NCBI GenBank assembly: GCA_965644295.1
Contig: CBFFRP010000024.1
Location: 11,885-75,884 of the forward strand
DNA: 64,000 nt
Reading direction: 5' to 3'
Source: Paraphysomonas bandaiensis
Lineage: Eukaryota > Protista > Chrysophyceae
Shown in pieces: positions 51,262-63,697 of this stretch. Positions within the stretch are counted from its first letter, which is position 1, and every line of letters starts with the position of its first letter. The position numbers and the translations under genes are program-made. The notes beneath the pieces are model-generated. The model worked only from the letters and a program-made list of their open reading frames with translations. It did no database searches and had not been told where the DNA came from.

Positions 51262-51767
51262 TTGAAAGTCTTATTATTAGCAATATGCGTTAAAAACCTG
51301 CACCAACTTAGTAGCTAGATGAATGCTAGACAAAGTAGTTAGACCTCTACCTGTAACTAATCAGTACACGCTTTTTTATCCTACTATTTAACGCTACGGA
51401 AGCTGCTTGTGCGTCGCCGCAAGCACCAAGGTGCGACCACTTCCGCTCTGAGTTCTTAAGGTGAACATCCCGGATGCTTGACTTCGGCAGGCAGCCCAAT
51501 ACCCCGGTTACCCTTCAGGTGGGCCCTGTCCCGGATGCCCTTGAAATGGACCCATTCCCGGATGCCTGTTTATTCGTCAGGGCCCAAAGACGTCTACACA
51601 AGTGACACTTATTGGTGTCCCTTGTACCACACAAGCATTCGGCTATGAGTGGGCAGAAGAATATCTGCTGACTATGTTTGCGGCTCACGTTAGTTTCCCA
51701 GAGAAATAACTCCGGTACTTATCCCCCAGAACACCACGAAAAGGTGCGAGTCCGACTTTGTTGAGGG
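51262..51767 (-). mobile_element. Ribozyme-headed SINE-like retroposon
   Basis: Perfect 15-bp TSD TAGTCATTATATATA (51247-51261 / 51768-51782). Roughly 90-95% similar by eye to 14037-14550. Confidence 0.9.
51682..51767 (-). ncRNA. Candidate HDV-like self-cleaving ribozyme (SINE 5' end)
   Basis: Same fold as 14464-14550; the P4 loop differs while the P4 stem is kept. Confidence 0.6.
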
Positions 51768-52199
51768 TAGTCATTATATATACAAACATATAAACGATCA
51801 CCGTGTCAAACCATACATATTCTCTAGATCTTGAACAGACACTATTACCTCATACAGCTACTATACATCTATACATTGCTTATTATTTTCAAGTGTACTC
51901 AGTATATATTTTATATTGTCTTTTGTACTGTATGTAGCATGTATACATTTGCACCTTAACGGCTATTTCTATGCAGGGCTGGGAAACAATATATTGCAAT
52001 ACTATTGTTAGAGAGCGTTCCATCAATAGTATTGATGGAGGCTTTAAACAGGCCCAACAATACAATTACACTATATTGCAATATATTAGCATGACTATAT
52101 ATGAAAGTCTGATTATTACATGAGTACGGTTGCGTACAGAAACTAGTTTATGTCTATAGACTAGCTAATAACTAGATTTGCTATATACTACTAGTGGCG

Positions 52200-55100
52200 T
52201 GTAACGCTGTGGCGTTCAACTATTATTCCATCGTACTCTCTATTCTCTAGCGGGCATATAATGGACTACGGATGTCGAGAATGAGTGTGACTCACACCAG
52301 CGCTGCAGATAGAAGGAATTAGATATCAATATAGTGCACTCATATTCATCCATACCTTCTGCTACCTCTATATGGTATGGTGTACACGTGCTTGTATAAG
52401 ATCCAAGTCTTGTCATAAGCACGATCTGCATATATACATGACATGAATATGACGTATGTATGGTATATGTACACATTGTATCGCCTGAGGGTCCATTCAT
52501 CTTGTCATGAGGCCATTGGTACTCTCTGTGTGGTCTTCATATTCCTGTGGAGCGCAGTGGACTCTAACTCCTCGTGTTCATGATGTTTGGAGCCGTGACT
52601 TGCGTCGGACGTCTGTCATTATGGACTTGACTAGGGTGCCAAGTTTCATCGTCTATCTCTTACTGGTTATGGAGCGTTGGCATGTATCTGCAATGAGCGT
52701 TAAGAGCATCATCATCTTCAGTCTCTTCTCAACTGTTGTTTTTATCGTATGCTGTATTTACTGTATTTGCTGTATACTCCTGGATGCTACTCTGGTATGC
52801 GGGATGTATGAGACCTTGTACTCTTCTGTATATACGATTGTATGATGCTGTATATGATTCCGAGTATACAGTATTGTGCTGTTGTATATCTGTATATGGT
52901 CTATAGTACAGTGACGGTATATTGTTGAGTACAAGCATATGATTGGACAATATTCTCATTTTGGTGTGCTGGTGTTGGTTGGAGTTGGTCTTCATAGCAT
53001 TCTACGGGAGTGTTCCAGAAAACTGATATGTCCACATAATCAACCAAATCTTGTACAATCTTTTGTAGAATATTGTTCTAGATGTTATTGTGTGCTTCTA
53101 GATAGCTTGTAGAACATGAGTGGTTCTTTATGAGTTATTTTGTGTTCTGCTTGCTGTTCAGATTTATGTTATAGTGCCTTACACCTTAACACGTAGTTAG
53201 AGGTGTCTAATTATAAGAGCTTGGGGGTGCCTGAGCTGTTGTAAGGCTTAATAACAAACATATTCTTCTTCTTCTTTTCTTTTCTTCTCTCTTACATTTC
53301 CTTATTATTCATATATAGTGGCTGCACCCGGTGTTATACCTCGGGTTAGCAATAGTAAATTTACTGTGACCAAACCAGATCCAAGAAGAGTTTTGTTCAT
53401 CTCAGCAGGAGCTTGGTATGGAACCTAAGGCATCTATGGTTCAGGAGGATGGCAATTCAGCCTCGCGGGTGTCAGTTCCAGGGACAGAGACAATCACTGC
53501 TAATGCTAAGCGGCTTCCTATCCATGTCCGAGTTCAAGGGGTACAGCAGCTCCGGTCCTCTCAACGTGAGATGATTTGTTCCAGTCCCGGGAAGTCCAGC
53601 TTGGTCCTAACTAAGAAGTCTTTCCTCCCCAACCCTGTACAGGGAATAATGGGTGATTTCCGGAATATTCCAGGATTTAACCGGCCTTATACTTGGGTGA
53701 TGGCAATTTTTGAGGAACATGGTCCTGGGCCGCCACCTTGGGTCAGACTAGAGTGTTGATTCACAATTTGGGCTGTTACAGAGCCTCTAGATGCAACTTC
53801 GGCGGACTGGCTCTGATTTTTGGTGTGCATGGAGCAATGACTCTCATACCCCGGAATCCCCTACATTGCAGCGCGTGCATCACCTACTGAGTTTGAGTAG
53901 CTAGAGATTTTTAACAGATATTATGAAGAGGAGATCGGGAGCATATGGTATCATGGAGCATTTTCTACTAGAAGATTCATCAGGGCATGATTTTGCTTGA
54001 CTTGTCATTAGGGATTTTTGTGTGGGAGTTCTATGGACTGTTCATATTGATAACAACTATGAGAAGGAGAGAGAAGAGAGGGCAGTGTACAGCGGCGCTG
54101 CAACAACTGATCAACGGCATCCAACTGTAAAAGAGGAAAGCAAGGGTAGTGTAACGCTGTGGCGTTCAACTATTATTCCATCGTACTCTCTATTCTCTAG
54201 CGGGCATATAATGGACTACGGATGTCGAGAATGAGTGTGACTCACACCAGCGCTGCAGATAGAAGGAATTAGATATCAATATAGTGCACTCATATTCATC
54301 CATACCTTCTGCTATCTCTATATGGTATGGTGTACACGTGCTTGTATAAGATCCAAGTCTTGTCATAAGCACGATCTGCATATATACATGACATGAATAT
54401 GACGTATGTATGGTATATGTACACATTGTATCGCCTGAGGGTCCATTCATCTTGTCATGAGGCCATTGGTACTCTCTGTGTGGTCTTCATATTCCTGTGG
54501 AGCGCAGTGGACTCTAACTCCTCGTGTTCATGATGTTTGGAGCCGTGACTTGCGTCGGACGTCTGTCATTATGGACTTGACTAGGGTGCCAAGTTTCATC
54601 GTCTATCTCTTACTGGTTATGGAGCGTTGGCATGTATCTGCAATGAGCGTTAAGAGCATCATCATCTTCAGTCTCTTCTCAACTGTTGTTTTTATCGTAT
54701 GCTGTATTTACTGTATTTGCTGTATACTCCTGGATGCTACTCTGGTATGCGGGATGTATGAGACCTTGTACTCTTCTGTATATACGATTGTATGATGCTG
54801 TATATGATTCTGAGTATACAGTATTGTGCTGTTGTATATTTGTATATGGTCTATAGTACAGTGACGGTATATTGTCGAGTACAAGCATATGATTGGACGA
54901 TATTCTCATTTTGGTGTGCTGGAGACTCTTTTGGTTGGAGTTGGTCTTCATAGCATTCTACGGGAGTGTTCCAGAAAACTGATATGTCCACATAATCAAC
55001 CAAATCTTGTATAATCTTTTGTAGAATATTGTTCTAGATGTTATTGTGTGTTTCTAGATAGCTTGTAGAGCATGAGTGGTTCTTTATGAGTTGTTTTGTG

Positions 55101-55306
55101 TTCTGCTTGCTGTTCAGTATTTTGTTATAGTGCCTTACACCTTAACACGTAGTTGGAGGTGTCCAGTTATAAGAGCTTGGGGGTGCCTGAGCTATTGTAA
55201 GGCTATAATAACAAACATATTCTTCTTCTCTTTCCTTATTCATTCTTATATTTAATTATTATATTCATATATAGTGGCTGCACCCGGTGTCATACCTCGG
55301 GTTAGC
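52200..55306 (+). mobile_element. Non-autonomous LTR-type element: ~1.15-kb direct repeats (52200-53350, 54150-55306) around an ~800-bp interior with no recognisable retroelement ORF
   Basis: Repeats start TGTAAC. Purine tract AAAAGAGGAAAGCAAGGGTAG precedes the second repeat. No TSD found. Confidence 0.75.
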
Positions 55307-55309
55307 TAT

Positions 55310-56824
55310 ATTATGTGGTTTTAAATCTATCCTTATAGATTTCATGGATTTCTCTCACCCTCCTTTGTAAAGATTCGGGACCAGAGATTTTAGTTGGTAA
55401 CGTAGTACCTTCTACTTTTTCCTGAGTATTTGTAACTATTTCTTCTGGGATTGACTCCAGATAGTTATCTCTAATCTCGCCTATATCTTCCTTTTCATAT
55501 GATCCAATTCTATACGCATGGATGATATTGGAGGTGAATACATAGTACTACAATCCAAGCTATTACTTGTAAGTAAATTATTATTATAACTAAGGTGTTC
55601 CTTAGCTTGGCGCCTTAATGTTTCCATGTTATTATAACATGTGGCTCTCTCACTAATATGTTCTGAGAGAAGCTGAGTCTTCAGCATGGCCCGCGGCCGT
55701 AGCTAGCATTTTCCTTGCTAACTCTCTTTCCATAAAGTGAGATGGAAAATGATCAACTAATCTATATTTCTTGATAGTTTCTCTACCAATTATGATATCA
55801 AAGGTGCTATCTATTATCAAACATTGCAACTCAATATCAAGAGTATTGTTATACTCATCAGTTAACTTTATAAGTTATTATCATATATTGCTTGCTACTA
55901 CAACAAGCATTATCAAGCGCACTACAAATTTTAAATGTTACACTCGTGCAATGGAATATTATACCTAGCAACTAACATATCAGCAAGTTCTTGGTTAATG
56001 AAATTATTCCCAGTAGCCCCCGTGTCCAATAAGGCTTTAGCCCTTAGATTTTCCTTTACCTGTTGTACATTGACATCAGCTTTAGGACATACAAAGACAT
56101 CGAGCATATCATTATTCATGTCAACAGCATTTTATATATAAACACTTAGGGCATGATAACTTACTTGTTTTCGATCTCGGAGGACCATCAGGATTCTCCA
56201 CATAAGGGCAGGTACTCCAACCCATAGCCGCATATTTTTTGCCCTGTGTGGAATCTTTCCATGGCTTCTTTTCATGGTTAGCCCATGCACAGGTTTTACG
56301 GGTGCAGTCACCTTTATGAAGATTTCTACTGCATATCCAACATGCTTCCTTAGTATCAGTTGTTGCTTTAGTACTTGAGGATGAGCTGGAGGATGAAGCT
56401 TTTGTAGTCTTAGACTTGTTAGACTTAGACGTTTCTTTGGAATCCAATTTAGTTTCCATCCCTTACTTTTCTCACAGCTTGACTATAGTCATTGTTGCCG
56501 CACCTTTCTACAGAATGCTCCGAAATCTTTTGGTGCAGATTGACCTTGGCCTATATCCGCTATAAATTTCTCTTTGGCATCCTTTCTGAAGGAATGTCCG
56601 CCCACAAGTTTAATGTTTTTCTTGAGGGTTTTGACTATGGTATCCGAGGCTACCTCTGTGAGACTTGCCTCCGGAATGAGCTTATAAAGCTCATTCAGAC
56701 GTCCATATTCTTTTAAGAATACTTTAGGAACATGAATATCCACCTTAACCTTTGGTCCAATGATATTATCTATGAACCTAGGAAGAGGCTCCAATGTATC
56801 AGAGTATCGCTCCTCTTCCTCTAG
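55310..56824 (-). pseudogene. Decayed Ty3/gypsy gag-protease fragment, interrupted by a younger gypsy LTR
   Basis: CWICSRNLHKGDC (knuckle-like), ALLDTGATGNNFI (aspartic protease), FDIIIGRETI; several frameshifts. Confidence 0.8.
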
Positions 56825-57349
56825 TGTGACGTAACCCGGTTTGAAAACCGAAATCACGGCTCGCAGTATATGTATACCACAAAAACACGCAAGTGTAATA
56901 ACAATGTATTATTTATGTTGTGACTACTCTAAGCAATAACCTAATGCCCGGTTAATGATTTCCGCCAGAAATCACCACGCAGGTAACACCGCCAGTGCAA
57001 CAAGATCGTTGGCACCAAGCACTTCGGTTACTTCAACAAGTGCATAACACCATAGCATACATGTTACACCCACTCCTACTCCTCAACAACATCACAACAC
57101 CCTGCAACGTCATCACTACCCACAGAAACGTGTTTATTCTATAAACTGAATACACACAGCAACCTAGAGCAATAACGTATAACCGCATACTAATAGTACA
57201 CTACATCCTACGTTTTACTTTCTACCTAAATTCCCTTACAAAAACAGTATACCGCCACTTTGGTGTATTTTAGCATTCAAGAACCCAAAATCCCTAATAT
57301 CCAGGTTATGCGTAAATACAACCTTGCATACCAGGTATTACATATCACA
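56825..57349 (-). repeat. 3' LTR of the minus-strand gypsy element (525 bp)
   Basis: TGTGA...TCACA termini, preceded on the minus strand by GTGGGGGAA (PPT-like). It cuts the older gag frame at 56824. The partner LTR is outside the window. Confidence 0.7.
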
Positions 57350-60300
57350 ATTGATTCCCCCACTGAGTCTGGTATGAACACTCGTACACCCCTCGAGTAT
57401 ATAATATCCATTCTCCGTTGATGTGATATGTACTTGCCCCCCTATAGGGTAGTATGAGTAATGCCAGTACGTATTCCTATGGAAGTATACACTGCAACTG
57501 CTACACTGGAATACTGACCCACATAACTTTATTATAAATTTGTGGCAGGTTTCACATTGCGTGAAGTCACCATCAGCAGATCATAGTGTACATCATCATC
57601 GGCAGATAAAGTGGACATCACACCTGAACGTTGATTCCGTGGTAAGTACATCATAGCTCGTTACCCCATCTTAATGAGTATAACATAGAATATGCATCCA
57701 GATATAGGGTCCTGATGATATAATGTTCTTGATATAGGGTCCTAAGCTAATATCACAGGGTCCTGAATGGGCAATGCATGCAGTTCTGGTACTATAGCCA
57801 CGTAGATAGGGCATAGGAAATGCCACGTGGTCACACTGCCTCCCCCCCTCGTTTTTGTGAGAAATCCATGGTCGCACACATGTCAATGGGACTAGGTTTG
57901 AAATAGCCATCCAAACGAACCACCATGGAGTATTATTATCATATTATAGATGTAATTCGGAGAATACTGAAAAATTTCACATCGTAAATTGTAGAGTAGG
58001 AACACTTTATACCGACTGATTAACTTGTGGAAATTTGCTGGCAAATTCCTCGTTCACAAAGACCATTGTAGAAGAATCAAATTCTTTATGGGCAAAACAA
58101 TGGATATGGTAATTATCAAGTCGGAAAGTTTGTTTAGTCATCACATTTTTAGTTGAGAGTATCCGTTTGGAACTTTTATGATACCAATGTGTGAAGACAA
58201 AACGTGCAACATAAGTAATAAAATGAGAATCCGGTAACTCCAGGCTTTCATAAACACAGGTCCCCGAAAACTCTTAAGTCAACATAAGCCTCATCACCTG
58301 GCTGAAAACTAGTGATAGGCTGCTTACGGATTTTTGCAATATATTCCTTTGCCTCTTTAACCGGATAAATAAGATGATATAAATATCTTTTCTTAGAACA
58401 GAAATCGGCATATGGAATAGAGTCAAAATATCCTTACTGAATGGAAATGTCACGAACATCACCATCCTGAAATTTCACAGTGAAAACTAGAGAGGTTCTT
58501 GGTGTCTCTATCACCTCTGTAGTATAGAATCGTGTCAATCACATGCTGTTCATGGTCTCTAAGCAAGCCATGTTATACGCTGTGTCTTGATCACCCGCAA
58601 AAAGTTTAACCTCCCGCACATCGATTCTACAACTTGTCCTGTCACCAAATGTCTGCAATTAACGTTACGTATATTGAGATATGACTTTGAAAGGACCCAT
58701 ATAGCGGTGAGACATCTTAGGATGGACTTTAGCACCCTTGTCGAACAAAACAAGATCTCCCGGCTGATATCTGTTCTGCTTGTCGGCCGGTATACCTTGG
58801 CTAGCCCGCTCTTGCACAAGACGCTGTTGATAAGCATGCGAAGCTGCCCTGAGCTCACGAAGGGTTATCATTAAAACGTTTAAGTCGTGCATGCGCATCC
58901 TGGGGAAAGAGAGTCGGTGTCCACGTTAAAATAACGCTTATCCTCCGATCCAAAAGTCAACTCGAATGGTGAGAAACCCGTCTCAGATGACACTTCAGAG
59001 TTAAGAATGTGTTGGACACTGGCGATCCAGCTAGGATCTTCAAAAACATCTGTGCGCTCTTGACGCTCGCTAGCATCATATACTAGAGCTCGTAGGTGAC
59101 GTACTACCTCACCTATGATACGTTCTGAGCCATCTGCATGCCGGTTGGCTATACTGAACGTATGGCGCATTCCCATGTATTCCGTTAGCTGTTGGGATAG
59201 ATCCGAAGTTAAATCCGGACCCTGGTCTGGAATCACGACATCCGTGTGACCGTAATAGGACCAATACTTCCACATGCATTCGCTAAATTCAAAGCCGTTA
59301 CTCCTTTTACTGGTTCCAGAAAAACGAGCTTTGTGTGAAGGTTCACTATCACATTGATATGAGTGTAACTGTCCTTGCCATGTGGAGTAATCTCCACTGC
59401 ATCAATTCCACAGCACTGCGAGCCCCCGGTGGTTTTAGGTTGCGCACTATGGGAATAAGTGCTTCCTTCATGGCTAACCGGGTTTTTACGCAAGTTGGAC
59501 AGTTGGATATATATTCTGCTACCACCTGATATGGTATTCCATGCCCTGGAAAACGTTTATTGAGACGAATCCAAGTAGCTTTCCTCCAAGATGACCCACG
59601 CGAGAGTTGTGTACCTCACGCAAGCATTCCTCACGAGATATATTCATGGAAGGTTGTTCTTGGTCACCGAGATCCGATTTGGCCCATAAAATTTCCTAGG
59701 AATGAGAAATACTCAGAATCCTGACAGTCCTCTCCCAGAAAATAGGCATCATCCCACATAGAATCATCCAAGAACATGCCCGACAGATAAGCCAGTTGGT
59801 GTTCCCTGGATAACCAGTCTGCTAACCAATTCTGTGCTCCCGAAATATGTCGGATTTTAAAAATTGAATGATTGCAAGAATATTCTCCATCTAACAATTT
59901 TTGGTACCTCAGACGCTTCCATCCAGAGCAATTGTTATGGTCTGTTTCTATTGTAAACTGCTTTCCAACTAAGTAATACGCTAGCTGTTTAACCGAATAG
60001 TAGATACCATAGCCCTCCTGCTCTATAGTAGCCCATTTCATTGCTTGCTCTGAAAACTTTTTAGAGATAAAAGCAATAGGTTGCAATTATATTTCTCCTT
60101 GACGGTAATATCTTCCGTTGTAGTAGCACAGAACCTATACCTAGCTCACTTGCATCAGTCCGTAAAATCCATCAACTCATAATCAGGGTAGAAGAGCTCA
60201 CAAGCATCTTGTAAACCTTTTATGAAACGTTTGTACTCAGCTTCATAATCATGACGCCAAGTAGATTTATTCCAATTGAAAGATTTCTTGGGTGAGGTCC

Positions 60301-61984
60301 GTTAGATGACCTACTAAGTCAGAGTACTTTGCGTGAAGCTGGAAAAGAAAACTCCCTTGCCTAGCAGAGATCTAGCTTGTTTAGTCGATGATGGCATGGG
60401 TATGTTTGCCAGCGCTTCCTTTTTATCCGACACACTTCATACGATTTGTGTTTGCACACATATCCAAAAAAATTAACCTTTTAAAACCAAGCCAGCTCTT
60501 AGCCATTTTCAACTTTATGTTTCTCTCCAGACATCTGTCAATAACTCGTTCTAACTTTTCATAAGCATCCTGGGGATCGTTGGCTAGCATTAGCATATTA
60601 TCAAAAATGACGATGGCCCAGTCTGAAAAATCAGCAAATATCTCCCGAACAACCTCTTGCAGTACACCAGCAGTATGTGCTATACCCTCTGGCATGAAAT
60701 TAGGTGCAAACTGTCCCCATGGCGTTTGAATGGACAATTTCTCGGAAGTTTCCTCATCCAAAGGTATTTGATGAAACGCATTTGTAAGATCTATATCCAA
60801 ATAATATGGAAAATTAATGATCTTGTCAAGTTCCATGTTTGACATTGGGAATAGTGTAGTTTCCCACATGCATATGATCATTTATCTTAACGTAGTCCCC
60901 ACAAAATCGAATGGGCGGAGGTGTAGCCTTGGCGCTACTACAAGGCAAGAAGCCCATGGCGATCTACTCTTCCGGTAAAAATACCCACACAGACGACGAA
61001 ATTCTTTCTCTGATGCTTCCCATAGCCGGGTTAATAGGCCTCGCTTTGGGTTTGATCCGATCCGAAGTATCTTTCCACTTAATTTTTAAAGGTTCAACAC
61101 CTTTTACACCAGACCACTCATCTGGTACAAAGACTTTAACTGCTTTAGTTCGTAGGATGCATCACATTAGTTTGTTCCTTCATCTCACTATTAACATGGG
61201 TCTCCAACAACTGCTCATAGTCTTTTAAAGCTTCCACTCTAGTCTTTCCTAAGAATACCAAAGCTTCTTTAAATTGAACCGGCAATTCGGAATCCTCTTC
61301 CTCCGGTGCAATTTGAGTACTCGCTTTAGACCATGGTTCCACTATTTGTCCATGCTCTAAGCCAGACAAATCATGACTCGAAATCTTCTTGGTATCGCTT
61401 TCTATCTCATAAGATGTTTGTTCAAAAGCATGCCTCATCAATTCACACATAAAGGGATACAAAGTACCAGTAAGTGCCGGCAATCCAAGTATGACATCAT
61501 TATGTTTCATGTCAATAATTAGGAAATCCCCTTTGAACTGATACTGTTTTCCATAAGGGTCAGCCAACAAAAGATTGAGTCTGACTCCTTGTGTGACTGT
61601 TTTTATAGTAGTACTATCCGCCAATACTACTCTATGATTCGCATCGTATAAAAATTCGGGGTTTAGCTCTGGCATTAAACTCTCAACCAGACCCCTAGAC
61701 ACGTAGTTGGCTGAAAGCGCTCCCGTATCGCAAAGTACGGTGATCAATTTTTCCGAATTCTCTCTCAAATTATTGTTCATTATTAGCCTTGCTACAGTAT
61801 GTGCTGATGTCATTTTTCGCGTACTAGGAAAACAAGCATACAGCTTAGCTTGCCCCTCGGTTTGCACAGAACACAATGCCGCCGTGAATGTAGACTCTTC
61901 AAATTGTAAGCAACAATCGTCATCCCCGTCACACCCATTAACTACACTGACATCCTGCGCTCCCCGCACGCAATGGTCCTTCCA

Positions 61985-63697
61985 TCAAGGTCGGGAATCG
62001 CCGAAGCGATCCCTTCTCAAGATAGAAGTTGGATTGGTTCTACCAGTGGAACCATCCTCAGCCTTCAGGAAAGCATTGAGCTTATCCCTCATCTCAACAG
62101 CCGAGGTTCTCAAGCACTGAGAATTGTGGTTGTATTTGCACTGTGGCTTGTTGCATTTTCCATACAACATCTGCCTCAGGCAACCGAATTTCTCAACTCT
62201 CGAACCCGTATCACCAGCAGGTTTATCCTGAGAAGAAGCCATAAAAGAAACCTCTTGCTCATTAACAACTGCTGTAGGATCAGGTTCCAGATCCTGCGAT
62301 GAAGTAACGTCCTTGGCTGAGCCACGACGTAAATCCACGTTACCCTCTTCATCATCTGAAGAACTAGGGTATTCGAGATTTATCTGCTCCGGACCTCGAT
62401 CAAAATCCGAATCATCAGAAACATATCCATCAATGTGAGTGAGAGCATGTGAATCTCTGTTATTCCGATGATCATAGTCCTTGTAAGAAGTAGACCGCAT
62501 CGGAGACGGAAGTTTCTCATTATTCTTGGAAAACAAATCCCTTTTCCGTTTGTTGTACTCATCAAGTTTGTTTTTAGCCTCAATGTTAGCCTCAAACGGT
62601 AACTGACGAGCTGCTAAGCAAATCTGATAATGATCTACTAAAATGGCCGTAAATTCATCGAAAAACTCGTTCATCGTGTCAAACTGTAGTTTATTCATGC
62701 ACCCAAAGACATAACGAACATAATCCCTATCGTTCAAGTTTTTGAATAGTCTTACGAGCCCATATTCTTTGTCATCTACTCTGGGACACCAATCCTTATT
62801 AAACTCCAGCATTATGGATAACATGGTTCGAAACAAATCAATAAGTTTCAACTGTTGGAAGTAAAACTGTTCGAACGTGACAGTTGTCACTTTCCTCCAC
62901 TCCATAATCTTTATGTGTCTAAGAGAATCTCGTAGCTCCTCATAGAATCCCACACAATTAAAAACCCGAGTTTCCTTGGCTATTACACGCAGTAGGTCGG
63001 ACAAATCCATCTCTGAAATCTCCGCATGACCGAGATGATACACTTCTCTTAGATGATCTCTTAGTTCACCAGAAACAACCTTTTGTAGACGCACAGTGGT
63101 CTGTTCCTCTTCTTGAAAATCCAAGATTTGTTTGACAGCTCTAGCCACTTTAGAAAGCTTTAGTTCATTGATACGAACTTTGCAAGTCCTTTCCTCACGC
63201 ATTACAACAGTCTGTTGCACATTTGGAAGGTTGGCATTCTTTTTCAATTCCCTGAACAGCTTCCCAGGTTTCTTGCCTCCTAACAAAGCTTGAGTTCTAG
63301 TAGGGAATTCAGAAGCCACCTGCTGATCACCATCTTCCTCAGCATTGCCATTTGACTGAGCAGTAGAAGTATCTTCCTCCTCCAACAATTCTCTTACAGA
63401 CTCATCCCGCCAAGGAGTGCGATAGTGCTCCGCTAAATTATGCAGAGTAGAGTATCTCCTTGTATCACGTTTCTTTACCGGTTTCGGCAACGTGTCAGGA
63501 ACAGTAGGTGTTCCTTTCGTAACTGATTCATCTGCCCCTGGGATATTTTGATCTTCCCTTAAAATCGTGGGGCTCGGCGCTCTAGAGCCGACAGGTGTAC
63601 CTCTACGTGAGGCTCGCTCTTCGAGTCGCGTGACTCTGAACGTTAAGTCATCTATTCTCGTATCGAATTTCCTTTCCAAGGCATCGAAACGTGCCAA
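61985..63697 (-). CDS. Gypsy Gag protein (570 aa; true start may lie further upstream)
   Basis: Long ORF upstream of the protease, ending in a C-x7-C-x4-C-x3-H motif (CLRQMLYGKCNKPQCKYNH). Confidence 0.8.
   Translation of the reverse strand: MARFDALERKFDTRIDDLTFRVTRLEERASRRGTPVGSRAPSPTILREDQNIPGADESVTKGTPTVPDTLPKPVKKRDTRRYSTLHNLAEHYRTPWRDESVRELLEEEDTSTAQSNGNAEEDGDQQVASEFPTRTQALLGGKKPGKLFRELKKNANLPNVQQTVVMREERTCKVRINELKLSKVARAVKQILDFQEEEQTTVRLQKVVSGELRDHLREVYHLGHAEISEMDLSDLLRVIAKETRVFNCVGFYEELRDSLRHIKIMEWRKVTTVTFEQFYFQQLKLIDLFRTMLSIMLEFNKDWCPRVDDKEYGLVRLFKNLNDRDYVRYVFGCMNKLQFDTMNEFFDEFTAILVDHYQICLAARQLPFEANIEAKNKLDEYNKRKRDLFSKNNEKLPSPMRSTSYKDYDHRNNRDSHALTHIDGYVSDDSDFDRGPEQINLEYPSSSDDEEGNVDLRRGSAKDVTSSQDLEPDPTAVVNEQEVSFMASSQDKPAGDTGSRVEKFGCLRQMLYGKCNKPQCKYNHNSQCLRTSAVEMRDKLNAFLKAEDGSTGRTNPTSILRRDRFGDSRP

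Noticed and set aside
53318-53333. TGGCTGCACCCGG as a tRNA primer-binding site
   Set aside because: It lies inside both direct repeats and matches no tRNA 3' end I recognise (only loosely tRNA-Gly).
53418-53759. 113-aa ORF inside the non-autonomous LTR element, and the duplicated LTR ORFs
   Set aside because: No similarity I can recognise; the duplicated ORFs only reflect the repeats.
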